NCBI GenBank assembly: GCA_044892525.1
Contig: CM097885.1
Span: forward strand, 109,492,001-109,556,000
Direction of reading: 5' to 3'
Origin: Schmidtea polychroa
Lineage: Eukaryota
DNA length: 64,000 nucleotides
Positions 1 through 15,000 of the stretch are shown piece by piece (positions within the stretch are counted from its first letter, which is position 1; each line of letters opens with the position of its first letter). A program made the translations under genes and the position numbers. The notes beneath the pieces are model-generated. The model made no database searches. It was not told the origin of the DNA and was given only the letters and a program-made list of their open reading frames with translations.

Positions 1-3000
1 GACTATTTTCAATTTCATCATGTCGAGATCTTCTAATTCGTTCCGCAATATCAGGAATGCTAGATTGAATTTGTACTGCTTCACATAAAATACCCATCAG
101 AGGCTCATTAACAGTTGCGGTTAGTTTTACGAGATCTTTTCCCTCCGAAACTTCTTTCAATAACATTTCTTCTAATTCAATCAGTTTCGATTCACTAATT
201 TCATTTTTCAAAGCATCTTTAGCGACTTTTATTCCATCAAGTAAATTCTCAACGTCTTTCCTGTTCAATAGTTTCTCTTTATCACCTTCTTCGTCATCAA
301 ATAAACATTTAATTGCCTCCAATATTTTGTTACTATCCTCATCGCTATTATCTAATCGCTTTTCACTCTTTATGCCTAATGCTTTTAATTGTTCACAAAT
401 AGATTTGTCAATTTTCACTTTAGATCCACTTTCTAAAGACCTGTTTAAATCGTTTATAATTTCTTCCACAAATCTTCTTTCTTTTTCTCCAGTCTTTGAT
501 TTCGGAATCAATGATTTCATAATTTCCAAACTTTCAACTAGTTCTTTGCCTTTCAAGTTGTTCAATTCACCTTTCTCCAGAGCATCGCATAATAATTTCT
601 GACCACTTTCAAGTCCTACTTTTCGTTCCATAGTTACTTCATCAATAATTTCGTCAACAATGTCTGCATTTCTAATTACTGTCGAATCTGGTACAATGGA
701 TTCTGAGATATCTTTGCACAATTTCCTTAATCTTTCAGCCTCTTCTTTATTCAATTCCAATTCCTTCGATTTGCAATCAATCACTTCTTGTAGTTTAGGA
801 AGAACTGATTCAAATAAAGTTTTATTTGCTTTCCATTCGTTGAATCTTTCTGAGTCTGGCGTTTCATTGATTTTACTTTCAACTTTATCCATAGCCTTTG
901 ACAATTTCGATAAATCTTGTCCTTTCAATTTTATTTGATCATTCTTTGAATTTTCCACTAATTCTTTCAAGATTGTTTCAATTGGTCGTCGACTATTTTC
1001 AATTTCATCATGTCGAGATCTTCTAATTCGTTCCGCAATATCAGGAATGCTAGATTGAATTTGTACTGCTTCACATAAAATACCCATCAGAGGCTCATTA
1101 ACAGTTGCGGTTAGTTTTACGAGATCTTTTCCCTCCGAAACTTCTTTCAATAACATTTCTTCTAATTCAATCAGTTTCGATTCACTAATTTCATTTTTCA
1201 AAGCATCTTTAGCGACTTTTATTCCATCAAGTAAATTCTCAACGTCTTTCCTGTTCAATAGTTTCTCTTTATCACCTTCTTCGTCATCAAATAAACATTT
1301 AATTGCCTCCAATATTTTGTTACTATCCTCATCGCTATTATCTAATCGCTTTTCACTCTTTATGCCTAATGCTTTTAATTGTTCACAAATAGATTTGTCA
1401 ATTTTCACTTTAGATCCACTTTCTAAAGACCTGTTTAAATCGTTTATAATTTCTTCCACAAATCTTCTTTCTTTTTCTCCAGTCTTTGATTTCGGAATCA
1501 ATGATTTCATAATTTCCAAACTTTCAACTAGTTCTTTGCCTTTCAAGTTGTTCAATTCACCTTTCTCCAGAGCATCGCATAATAATTTCTGACCACTTTC
1601 AAGTCCTACTTTTCGTTCCATAGTTACTTCATCAATAATTTCGTCAACAATGTCTGCATTTCTAATTACTGTCGAATCTGGTACAATGGATTCTGAGATA
1701 TCTTTGCACAATTTCCTTAATCTTTCAGCCTCTTCTTTATTCAATTCCAATTCCTTCGATTTGCAATCAATCACTTCTTGTAGTTTAGGAAGAACTGATT
1801 CAAATAAAGTTTTATTTGCTTTCCATTCGTTGGATCTTTCTGAGTCTGGCGTTTCATTGATTTTACTTTCAACTTTATCCATAGCCTTTGACAATTTCGA
1901 TAAATCTTGTCCTTTCAATTTTATTTGATCATTCTTTGAATTTTCCACTAATTCTTTCAAGATTGTTTCAATTGGTCGTCGACTATTTTCAATTTCATCA
2001 TGTCGAGATCTTCTAATTCGTTCCGCAATATCAGGAATGCTAGATTGAATTTGTACTGCTTCACATAAAATACCCATCAGAGGCTCATTAACAGTTGCGG
2101 TTAGTTTTACGAGATCTTTTCCCTCCGAAACTTCTTTCAATAACATTTCTTCTAATTCAATCAGTTTCGATTCACTAATTTCATTTTTCAAAGCATCTTT
2201 AGCGACTTTTATTCCATCAAGTAAATTCTCAACGTCTTTCCTGTTCAATAGTTTCTCTTTATCACCTTCTTCGTCATCAAATAAACATTTAATTGCCTCC
2301 AATATTTTGTTACTATCCTCATCGCTATTATCTAATCGCTTTTCACTCTTTATGCCTAATGCTTTTAATTGTTCACAAATAGATTTGTCAATTTTCACTT
2401 TAGATCCACTTTCTAAAGACCTGTTTAAATCGTTTATAATTTCTTCCACAAATCTTCTTTCTTTTTCTCCAGTCTTTGATTTCGGAATCAATGATTTCAT
2501 AATTTCCAAACTTTCAACTAGTTCTTTGCCTTTCAAGTTGTTCAATTCACCTTTCTCCAGAGCATCGCATAATAATTTCTGACCACTTTCAAGTCCTACT
2601 TTTCGTTCCATAGTTACTTCATCAATAATTTCGTCAACAATGTCTGCATTTCTAATTACTGTCGAATCTGGTACAATGGATTCTGAGATATCTTTGCACA
2701 ATTTCCTTAATCTTTCAGCCTCTTCTTTATTCAATTCCAATTCCTTCGATTTGCAATCAATCACTTCTTGTAGTTTAGGAAGAACTGATTCCAATAAAGT
2801 TTTATTTGCTTTCCATTCGTTGGATCTTTCTGAGTCTGGCGTTTCATTGATTTTACTTTCAACTTTATCCATAGCCTTTGACAATTTCGATAAATCTTGT
2901 CCTTTCAATTTTATTTGATCATTCTTTGAATTTTCCACTAATTCTTTCAAGATTGTTTCAATTGGTCGTCGACTATTTTCAATTTCATCATGTCGAGATC

Positions 3001-6000
3001 TTCTAATTCGTTCCGCAATATCAGGAATGCTAGATTGAATTTGTACTGCTTCACATAAAATACCCATCAGAGGCTCATTAACAGTTGCGGTTAGTTTTAC
3101 GAGATCTTTTCCCTCCGAAACTTCTTTCAATAACATTTCTTCTAATTCAATCAGTTTCGATTCACTAATTTCATTTTTCAAAGCATCTTTAGCGACTTTT
3201 ATTCCATCAAGTAAATTCTCAACGTCTTTCCTGTTCAATAGTTTCTCTTTATCACCTTCTTCGTCATCAAATAAACATTTAATTGCCTCCAATATTTTGT
3301 TACTATCCTCATCGCTATTATCTAATCGCTTTTCACTCTTTATGCCTAATGCTTTTAATTGTTCACAAATAGATTTGTCAATTTTCACTTTAGATCCACT
3401 TTCTAAAGACCTGTTTAAATCGTTTATAATTTCTTCCACAAATCTTCTTTCTTTTTCTCCAGTCTTTGATTTCGGAATCAATGATTTCATAATTTCCAAA
3501 CTTTCAACTAGTTCTTTGCCTTTCAAGTTGTTCAATTCACCTTTCTCCAGAGCATCGCATAATAATTTCTGACCACTTTCAAGTCCTACTTTTCGTTCCA
3601 TAGTTACTTCATCAATAATTTCGTCAACAATGTCTGCATTTCTAATTACTGTCGAATCTGGTACAATGGATTCTGAGATATCTTTGCACAATTTCCTTAA
3701 TCTTTCAGCCTCTTCTTTATTCAATTCCAATTCCTTCGATTTGCAATCAATCACTTCTTGTAGTTTAGGAAGAACTGATTCAAATAAAGTTTTATTTGCT
3801 TTCCATTCGTTGAATCTTTCTGAGTCTGGCGTTTCATTGATTTTACTTTCAACTTTATCCATAGCCTTTGACAATTTCGATAAATCTTGTCCTTTCAATT
3901 TTATTTGATCATTCTTTGAATTTTCCACTAATTCTTTCAAGATTGTTTCAATTGGTCGTCGACTATTTTCAATTTCATCATGTCGAGATCTTCTAATTCG
4001 TTCCGCAATATCAGGAATGCTAGATTGAATTTGTACTGCTTCACATAAAATACCCATCAGAGGTTCATTAACAGTTGCGGTTAGTTTTACGAGATCTTTT
4101 CCCTCCGAAACTTCTTTCAATAACATTTCTTCTAATTCAATCAGTTTCGATTCACTAATTTCATTTTTCAAAGCATCTTTAGCGACTTTTATTCCATCAA
4201 GTAAATTCTCAACGTCTTTCCTGTTCAATAGTTTCTCTTTATCACCTTCTTCGTCATCAAATAAACATTTAATTGCCTCCAATATTTTGTTACTATCCTC
4301 ATCGCTATTATCTAATCGCTTTTCACTCTTTATGCCTAATGCTTTTAATTGTTCACAAATAGATTTGTCAATTTTCACTTTAGATCCACTTTCTAAAGAC
4401 CTGTTTAAATCGTTTATAATTTCTTCCACAAATCTTCTTTCTTTTTCTCCAGTCTTTGATTTCGGAATCAATGATTTCATAATTTCCAAACTTTCAACTA
4501 GTTCTTTGCCTTTCAAGTTGTTCAATTCACCTTTCTCCAGAGCATCGCATAATAATTTCTGACCACTTTCAAGTCCTACTTTTCGTTCCATAGTTACTTC
4601 ATCAATAATTTCGTCAACAATGTCTGCATTTCTAATTACTGTCGAATCTGGTACAATGGATTCTGAGATATCTTTGCACAATTTCCTTAATCTTTCAGCC
4701 TCTTCTTTATTCAATTCCAATTCCTTCGATTTGCAATCAATCACTTCTTGTAGTTTAGGAAGAACTGATTCAAATAAAGTTTTATTTGCTTTCCATTCGT
4801 TGAATCTTTCTGAGTCTGGCGTTTCATTGATTTTACTTTCAACTTTATCCATAGCCTTTGACAATTTCGATAAATCTTGTCCTTTCAATTTTATTTGATC
4901 ATTCTTTGAATTTTCCACTAATTCTTTCAAGATTGTTTCAATTGGTCGTCGACTATTTTCAATTTCATCATGTCGAGATCTTCTAATTCGTTCCGCAATA
5001 TCAGGAATGCTAGATTGAATTTGTACTGCTTCACATAAAATACCCATCAGAGGTTCATTAACAGTTGCGGTTAGTTTTACGAGATCTTTTCCCTCCGAAA
5101 CTTCTTTCAATAACATTTCTTCTAATTCAATCAGTTTCGATTCACTAATTTCATTTTTCAAAGCATCTTTAGCGACTTTTATTCCATCAAGTAAATTCTC
5201 AACGTCTTTCCTGTTCAATAGTTTCTCTTTATCACCTTCTTCGTCATCAAATAAACATTTAATTGCCTCCAATATTTTGTTACTATCCTCATCGCTATTA
5301 TCTAATCGCTTTTCACTCTTTATGCCTAATGCTTTTAATTGTTCACAAATAGATTTGTCAATTTTCACTTTAGATCCACTTTCTAAAGACCTGTTTAAAT
5401 CGTTTATAATTTCTTCCACAAATCTTCTTTCTTTTTCTCCAGTCTTTGATTTCGGAATCAATGATTTCATAATTTCCAAACTTTCAACTAGTTCTTTGCC
5501 TTTCAAGTTGTTCAATTCACCTTTCTCCAGAGTATCGCATAATAATTTCTGACCACTTTCAAGTCCTACTTTTCGTTCCATAGTTACTTCATCAATAATT
5601 TCGTCAACAATGTCTGCATTTCTAATTACTGTCGAATCTGGTACAATGGATTCTGAGATATCTTTGCACAATTTCCTTAATCTTTCAGCCTCTTCTTTAT
5701 TCAATTCCAATTCCTTCGATTTGCAATCAACCACTTCTTGTAGTTTAGGAAGAACTGATTCCAATAAAGTTTTATTTGCTTTCCATTCGTTGGATCTTTC
5801 TGAGTCTGGCGTTTCATTGATTTTACTTTCAACTTTATCCATAGCCTTTGACAATTTCGATAAATCTTGTCCTTTCAATTTTATTTGATCATTCTTTGAA
5901 TTTTCCACTAATTCTTTCAAGATTGTTTCAATTGGTCGTCGACTATTTTCAATTTCATCATGTCGAGATCTTCTAATTCGTTCCGCAATATCAGGAATGC

Positions 6001-9000
6001 TAGATTGAATTTGTACTGCTTCACATAAAATACCCATCAGAGGCTCATTAACAGTTGCGGTTAGTTTTACGAGATCTTTTCCCTCCGAAACTTCTTTCAA
6101 TAACATTTCTTCTAATTCAATCAGTTTCGATTCACTAATTTCATTTTTCAAAGCATCTTTAGCGACTTTTATTCCATCAAGTAAATTCTCAACGTCTTTC
6201 CTGTTCAATAGTTTCTCTTTATCACCTTCTTCGTCATCAAATAAACATTTAATTGCCTCCAATATTTTGTTACTATCCTCATCGCTATTATCTAATCGCT
6301 TTTCACTCTTTATGCCTAATGCTTTTAATTGTTCACAAATAGATTTGTCAATTTTCACTTTAGATCCACTTTCTAAAGACCTGTTTAAATCGTTTATAAT
6401 TTCTTCCACAAATCTTCTTTCTTTTTCTCCAGTCTTTGATTTCGGAATCAATGATTTCATAATTTCCAAACTTTCAACTAGTTCTTTGCCTTTCAAGTTG
6501 TTCAATTCACCTTTCTCCAGAGTATCGCATAATAATTTCTGACCACTTTCAAGTCCTACTTTTCGTTCCATAGTTACTTCATCAATAATTTCGTCAACAA
6601 TGTCTGCATTTCTAATTACTGTCGAATCTGGTACAATGGATTCTGAGATATCTTTGCACAATTTCCTTAATCTTTCAGCCTCTTCTTTATTCAATTCCAA
6701 TTCCTTCGATTTGCAATCAACCACTTCTTGTAGTTTAGGAAGAACTGATTCCAATAAAGTTTTATTTGCTTTCCATTCGTTGGATCTTTCTGAGTCTGGC
6801 GTTTCATTGATTTTACTTTCAACTTTATCCATAGCCTTTGACAATTTCGATAAATCTTGTCCTTTCAATTTTATTTGATCATTCTTTGAATTTTCCACTA
6901 ATTCTTTCAAGATTGTTTCAATTGGTCGTCGACTATTTTCAATTTCATCATGTCGAGATCTTCTAATTCGTTCCGCAATATCAGGAATGCTAGATTGAAT
7001 TTGTACTGCTTCACATAAAATACCCATCAGAGGCTCATTAACAGTTGCGGTTAGTTTTACGAGATCTTTTCCCTCCGAAACTTCTTTCAATAACATTTCT
7101 TCTAATTCAATCAGTTTCGATTCACTAATTTCATTTTTCAAAGCATCTTTAGCGACTTTTATTCCATCAAGTAAATTCTCAACGTCTTTCCTGTTCAATA
7201 GTTTCTCTTTATCACCTTCTTCGTCATCAAATAAACATTTAATTGCCTCCAATATTTTGTTACTATCCTCATCGCTATTATCTAATCGCTTTTCACTCTT
7301 TATGCCTAATGCTTTTAATTGTTCACAAATAGATTTGTCAATTTTCACTTTAGATCCACTTTCTAAAGACCTGTTTAAATCGTTTATAATTTCTTCCACA
7401 AATCTTCTTTCTTTTTCTCCAGTCTTTGATTTCGGAATCAATGATTTCATAATTTCCAAACTTTCAACTAGTTCTTTGCCTTTCAAGTTGTTCAATTCAC
7501 CTTTCTCCAGAGTATCGCATAATAATTTCTGACCACTTTCAAGTCCTACTTTTCGTTCCATAGTTACTTCATCAATAATTTCGTCAACAATGTCTGCATT
7601 TCTAATTACTGTCGAATCTGGTACAATGGATTCTGAGATATCTTTGCACAATTTCCTTAATCTTTCAGCCTCTTCTTTATTCAATTCCAATTCCTTCGAT
7701 TTGCAATCAACCACTTCTTGTAGTTTAGGAAGAACTGATTCCAATAAAGTTTTATTTGCTTTCCATTCGTTGGATCTTTCTGAGTCTGGCGTTTCATTGA
7801 TTTTACTTTCAACTTTATCCATAGCCTTTGACAATTTCGATAAATCTTGTCCTTTCAATTTTATTTGATCATTCTTTGAATTTTCCACTAATTCTTTCAA
7901 GATTGTTTCAATTGGTCGTCGACTATTTTCAATTTCATCATGTCGAGATCTTCTAATTCGTTCCGCAATATCAGGAATGCTAGATTGAATTTGTACTGCT
8001 TCACATAAAATACCCATCAGAGGCTCATTAACAGTTGCGGTTAGTTTTACGAGATCTTTTCCCTCCGAAACTTCTTTCAATAACATTTCTTCTAATTCAA
8101 TCAGTTTCGATTCACTAATTTCATTTTTCAAAGCATCTTTAGCGACTTTTATTCCATCAAGTAAATTCTCAACGTCTTTCCTGTTCAATAGTTTCTCTTT
8201 ATCACCTTCTTCGTCATCAAATAAACATTTAATTGCCTCCAATATTTTGTTACTATCCTCATCGCTATTATCTAATCGCTTTTCACTCTTTATGCCTAAT
8301 GCTTTTAATTGTTCACAAATAGATTTGTCAATTTTCACTTTAGATCCACTTTCTAAAGACCTGTTTAAATCGTTTATAATTTCTTCCACAAATCTTCTTT
8401 CTTTTTCTCCAGTCTTTGATTTCGGAATCAATGATTTCATAATTTCCAAACTTTCAACTAGTTCTTTGCCTTTCAAGTTGTTCAATTCACCTTTCTCCAG
8501 AGTATCGCATAATAATTTCTGACCACTTTCAAGTCCTACTTTTCGTTCCATAGTTACTTCATCAATAATTTCGTCAACAATGTCTGCATTTCTAATTACT
8601 GTCGAATCTGGTACAATGGATTCTGAGATATCTTTGCACAATTTCCTTAATCTTTCAGCCTCTTCTTTATTCAATTCCAATTCCTTCGATTTGCAATCAA
8701 CCACTTCTTGTAGTTTAGGAAGAACTGATTCCAATAAAGTTTTATTTGCTTTCCATTCGTTGGATCTTTCTGAGTCTGGCGTTTCATTGATTTTACTTTC
8801 AACTTTATCCATAGCCTTTGACAATTTCGATAAATCTTGTCCTTTCAATTTTATTTGATCATTCTTTGAATTTTCCACTAATTCTTTCAAGATTGTTTCA
8901 ATTGGTCGTCGACTATTTTCAATTTCATCATGTCGAGATCTTCTAATTCGTTCCGCAATATCAGGAATGCTAGATTGAATTTGTACTGCTTCACATAAAA

Positions 9001-12000
9001 TACCCATCAGAGGCTCATTAACAGTTGCGGTTAGTTTTACGAGATCTTTTCCCTCCGAAACTTCTTTCAATAACATTTCTTCTAATTCAATCAGTTTCGA
9101 TTCACTAATTTCATTTTTCAAAGCATCTTTAGCGACTTTTATTCCATCAAGTAAATTCTCAACGTCTTTCCTGTTCAATAGTTTCTCTTTATCACCTTCT
9201 TCGTCATCAAATAAACATTTAATTGCCTCCAATATTTTGTTACTATCCTCATCGCTATTATCTAATCGCTTTTCACTCTTTATGCCTAATGCTTTTAATT
9301 GTTCACAAATAGATTTGTCAATTTTCACTTTAGATCCACTTTCTAAAGACCTGTTTAAATCGTTTATAATTTCTTCCACAAATCTTCTTTCTTTTTCTCC
9401 AGTCTTTGATTTCGGAATCAATGATTTCATAATTTCCAAACTTTCAACTAGTTCTTTGCCTTTCAAGTTGTTCAATTCACCTTTCTCCAGAGTATCGCAT
9501 AATAATTTCTGACCACTTTCAAGTCCTACTTTTCGTTCCATAGTTACTTCATCAATAATTTCGTCAACAATGTCTGCATTTCTAATTACTGTCGAATCTG
9601 GTACAATGGATTCTGAGATATCTTTGCACAATTTCCTTAATCTTTCAGCCTCTTCTTTATTCAATTCCAATTCCTTCGATTTGCAATCAACCACTTCTTG
9701 TAGTTTAGGAAGAACTGATTCCAATAAAGTTTTATTTGCTTTCCATTCGTTGGATCTTTCTGAGTCTGGCGTTTCATTGATTTTACTTTCAACTTTATCC
9801 ATAGCCTTTGACAATTTCGATAAATCTTGTCCTTTCAATTTTATTTGATCATTCTTTGAATTTTCCACTAATTCTTTCAAGATTGTTTCAATTGGTCGTC
9901 GACTATTTTCAATTTCATCATGTCGAGATCTTCTAATTCGTTCCGCAATATCAGGAATGCTAGATTGAATTTGTACTGCTTCACATAAAATACCCATCAG
10001 AGGCTCATTAACAGTTGCGGTTAGTTTTACGAGATCTTTTCCCTCCGAAACTTCTTTCAATAACATTTCTTCTAATTCAATCAGTTTCGATTCACTAATT
10101 TCATTTTTCAAAGCATCTTTAGCGACTTTTATTCCATCAAGTAAATTCTCAACGTCTTTCCTGTTCAATAGTTTCTCTTTCTCACCTTTTTCGTCATCAA
10201 ATAAACATTTAATTGCCTCCAATATTTTGTTACTATCCTCATCGCTATTATCTAATCGCTTTTCACTCTTTATGCCTAATGCTTTTAATTGTTCACAAAT
10301 AGATTTGTCAATTTTCACTTTAGATCCACTTTCTAAAGACCTGTTTAAATCGTTTATAATTTCTTCCACAAATCTTCTTTCTTTTTCTCCAGTCTTTGAT
10401 TTCGGAATCAATGATTTCATAATTTCCAAACTTTCAACTAGTTCTTTGCCTTTCAAGTTGTTCAATTCACCTTTCTCCAGAGCATCGCATAATAATTTCT
10501 GGCCACTTTCAAGTCCTACTTTTCGTTCCATAGTTACTTCATCAATAATTTCGTCAACAATGTCTGCATTTCTAATTACTGTCGAATCTGGTACAATGGA
10601 TTCTGAGATATCTTTGCACAATTTCCTTAATCTTTCAGCCTCTTCTTTATTCAATTCCAATTCCTTCGATTTGCAATCAACCACTTCTTGTAGTTTAGGA
10701 AGAACTGATTCCAATAAAGTTTTATTTGCTTTCCATTCGTTGGATCTTTCTGAGTCTGGCGTTTCATTGATTTTACTTTCAACTTTATCCATAGCCTTTG
10801 ACAATTTCGATAAATCTTGTCCTTTCAATTTTATTTGATCATTCTTTGAATTTTCCACTAATTCTTTCAAGATTGTTTCAATTGGTCGTCGACTATTTTC
10901 AATTTCATCATGTCGAGATCTTCTAATTCGTTCCGCAATATCAGGAATGCTAGATTGAATTTGTACTGCTTCACATAAAATACCCATCAGAGGCTCATTA
11001 ACAGTTGCGGTTAGTTTTACGAGATCTTTTCCCTCCGAAACTTCTTTCAATAACATTTCTTCTAATTCAATCAGTTTCGATTCACTAATTTCATTTTTCA
11101 AAGCATCTTTAGCGACTTTTATTCCATCAAGTAAATTCTCAACGTCTTTCCTGTTCAATAGTTTCTCTTTCTCACCTTTTTCGTCATCAAATAAACATTT
11201 AATTGCCTCCAATATTTTGTTACTATCCTCATCGCTATTATCTAATCGCTTTTCACTCTTTATGCCTAATGCTTTTAATTGTTCACAAATAGATTTGTCA
11301 ATTTTCACTTTAGATCCACTTTCTAAAGACCTGTTTAAATCGTTTATAATTTCTTCCACAAATCTTCTTTCTTTTTCTCCAGTCTTTGATTTCGGAATCA
11401 ATGATTTCATAATTTCCAAACTTTCAACTAGTTCTTTGCCTTTCAAGTTGTTCAATTCACCTTTCTCCAGAGCATCGCATAATAATTTCTGGCCACTTTC
11501 AAGTCCTACTTTTCGTTCCATAGTTACTTCATCAATAATTTCGTCAACAATGTCTGCATTTCTAATTACTGTCGAATCTGGTACAATGGATTCTGAGATA
11601 TCTTTGCACAATTTCCTTAATCTTTCAGCCTCTTCTTTATTCAATTCCAATTCCTTCGATTTGCAATCAATCACTTCTTGTAGTTTAGGAAGAACTGATT
11701 CCAATAAAGTTTTATTTGCTTTCCATTCGTTGAATCTTTCTGAGTCTGGCGTTTCATTGATTTTACTTTCAACTTTATCCATAGCCTTTGACAATTTCGA
11801 TAAATCTTGTCCTTTCAATTTTATTTGATCATTCTTTGAATTTTCCACTAATTCTTTCAAGATTGTTTCAATTGGTCGTCGACTATTTTCAATTTCATCA
11901 TGTCGAGATCTTCTAATTCGTTCCGCAATATCAGGAATGCTAGATTGAATTTGTACTGCTTCACATAAAATACCCATCAGAGGCTCATTAACAGTTGCGG

Positions 12001-15000
12001 TTAGTTTTACGAGATCTTTTCCCTCCGAAACTTCTTTCAATAACATTTCTTCTAATTCAATCAGTTTCGATTCACTAATTTCATTTTTCAAAGCATCTTT
12101 AGCGACTTTTATTCCATCAAGTAAATTCTCAACGTCTTTCCTGTTCAATAGTTTCTCTTTCTCACCTTTTTCGTCATCAAATAAACATTTAATTGCCTCC
12201 AATATTTTGTTACTATCCTCATCGCTATTATCTAATCGCTTTTCACTCTTTATGCCTAATGCTTTTAATTGTTCACAAATAGATTTGTCAATTTTCACTT
12301 TAGATCCACTTTCTAAAGACCTGTTTAAATCGTTTATAATTTCTTCCACAAATCTTCTTTCTTTTTCTCCAGTCTTTGATTTCGGAATCAATGATTTCAT
12401 AATTTCCAAACTTTCAACTAGTTCTTTGCCTTTCAAGTTGTTCAATTCACCTTTCTCCAGAGCATCGCATAATAATTTCTGGCCACTTTCAAGTCCTACT
12501 TTTCGTTCCATAGTTACTTCATCAATAATTTCGTCAACAATGTCTGCATTTCTAATTACTGTCGAATCTGGTACAATGGATTCTGAGATATCTTTGCACA
12601 ATTTCCTTAATCTTTCAGCCTCTTCTTTATTCAATTCCAATTCCTTCGATTTGCAATCAACCACTTCTTGTAGTTTAGGAAGAACTGATTCCAATAAAGT
12701 TTTATTTGCTTTCCATTCGTTGGATCTTTCTGAGTCTGGTGTTTCATTGATTTTACTTTCAACTTTATCCATAGCCTTTGACAATTTCGATAAATCTTGT
12801 CCTTTCAATTTTATTTGATCATTCTTTGAATTTTCCACTAATTCTTTCAAGATTGTTTCAATTGGTCGTCGACTATTTTCAATTTCATCATGTCGAGATC
12901 TTCTAATTCGTTCCGCAATATCAGGAATGCTAGATTGAATTTGTACTGCTTCACATAAAATACCCATCAGAGGCTCATTAACAGTTGCGGTTAGTTTTAC
13001 GAGATCTTTTCCCTCCGAAACTTCTTTCAATAACATTTCTTCTAATTCAATCAGTTTCGATTCACTAATTTCATTTTTCAAAGCATCTTTAGCGACTTTT
13101 ATTCCATCAAGTAAATTCTCAACGTCTTTCCTGTTCAATAGTTTCTCTTTCTCACCTTTTTCGTCATCAAATAAACATTTAATTGCCTCCAATATTTTGT
13201 TACTATCCTCATCGCTATTATCTAATCGCTTTTCACTCTTTATGCCTAATGCTTTTAATTGTTCACAAATAGATTTGTCAATTTTCACTTTAGATCCACT
13301 TTCTAAAGACCTGTTTAAATCGTTTATAATTTCTTCCACAAATCTTCTTTCTTTTTCTCCAGTCTTTGATTTCGGAATCAATGATTTCATAATTTCCAAA
13401 CTTTCAACTAGTTCTTTGCCTTTCAAGTTGTTCAATTCACCTTTCTCCAGAGCATCGCATAATAATTTCTGGCCACTTTCAAGTCCTACTTTTCGTTCCA
13501 TAGTTACTTCATCAATAATTTCGTCAACAATGTCTGCATTTCTAATTACTGTCGAATCTGGTACAATGGATTCTGAGATATCTTTGCACAATTTCCTTAA
13601 TCTTTCAGCCTCTTCTTTATTCAATTCCAATTCCTTCGATTTGCAATCAACCACTTCTTGTAGTTTAGGAAGAACTGATTCCAATAAAGTTTTATTTGCT
13701 TTCCATTCGTTGGATCTTTCTGAGTCTGGCGTTTCATTGATTTTACTTTCAACTTTATCCATAGCCTTTGACAATTTCGATAAATCTTGTCCTTTCAATT
13801 TTATTTGATCATTCTTTGAATTTTCCACTAATTCTTTCAAGATTGTTTCAATTGGTCGTCGACTATTTTCAATTTCATCATGTCGAGATCTTCTAATTCG
13901 TTCCGCAATATCAGGAATGCTAGATTGAATTTGTACTGCTTCACATAAAATACCCATCAGAGGCTCATTAACAGTTGCGGTTAGTTTTACGAGATCTTTT
14001 CCCTCCGAAACTTCTTTCAATAACATTTCTTCTAATTCAATCAGTTTCGATTCACTAATTTCATTTTTCAAAGCATCTTTAGCGACTTTTATTCCATCAA
14101 GTAAATTCTCAACGTCTTTCCTGTTCAATAGTTTCTCTTTCTCACCTTTTTCGTCATCAAATAAACATTTAATTGCCTCCAATATTTTGTTACTATCCTC
14201 ATCGCTATTATCTAATCGCTTTTCACTCTTTATGCCTAATGCTTTTAATTGTTCACAAATAGATTTGTCAATTTTCACTTTAGATCCACTTTCTAAAGAC
14301 CTGTTTAAATCGTTTATAATTTCTTCCACAAATCTTCTTTCTTTTTCTCCAGTCTTTGATTTCGGAATCAATGATTTCATAATTTCCAAACTTTCAACTA
14401 GTTCTTTGCCTTTCAAGTTGTTCAATTCACCTTTCTCCAGAGCATCGCATAATAATTTCTGGCCACTTTCAAGTCCTACTTTTCGTTCCATAGTTACTTC
14501 ATCAATAATTTCGTCAACAATGTCTGCATTTCTAATTACTGTCGAATCTGGTACAATGGATTCTGAGATATCTTTGCACAATTTCCTTAATCTTTCAGCC
14601 TCTTCTTTATTCAATTCCAATTCCTTCGATTTGCATCCAACCACTTCTTGTAGTTTAGGAAGAACTGATTCCAATAGAGTTTTATTTGCTTTCCATTCGT
14701 TGGATCTTTCTGGGTCTGGCGTTTCATTGATTTTACTTTCAACTTTATCCATAGCCTTTGACAATTTCGATAAATCTTGTCCTTTCAATTTTATTTGATC
14801 ACTCTTTGAATTTTCCACTAATTCTTTCAAGATTGTTTCAATTGGTCGTCGACTATTTTCAATTTCATCATGTCGAGATCTTCTAATTCGTTCCGCAATA
14901 TCAGGAATGCTAGATTGAATTTGTACTGCTTCACATAAAATACCCATCAGAGGCTCATTAACAGTTGCGGTTAGTTTTACGAGATCTTTTCCCTCCGAAA

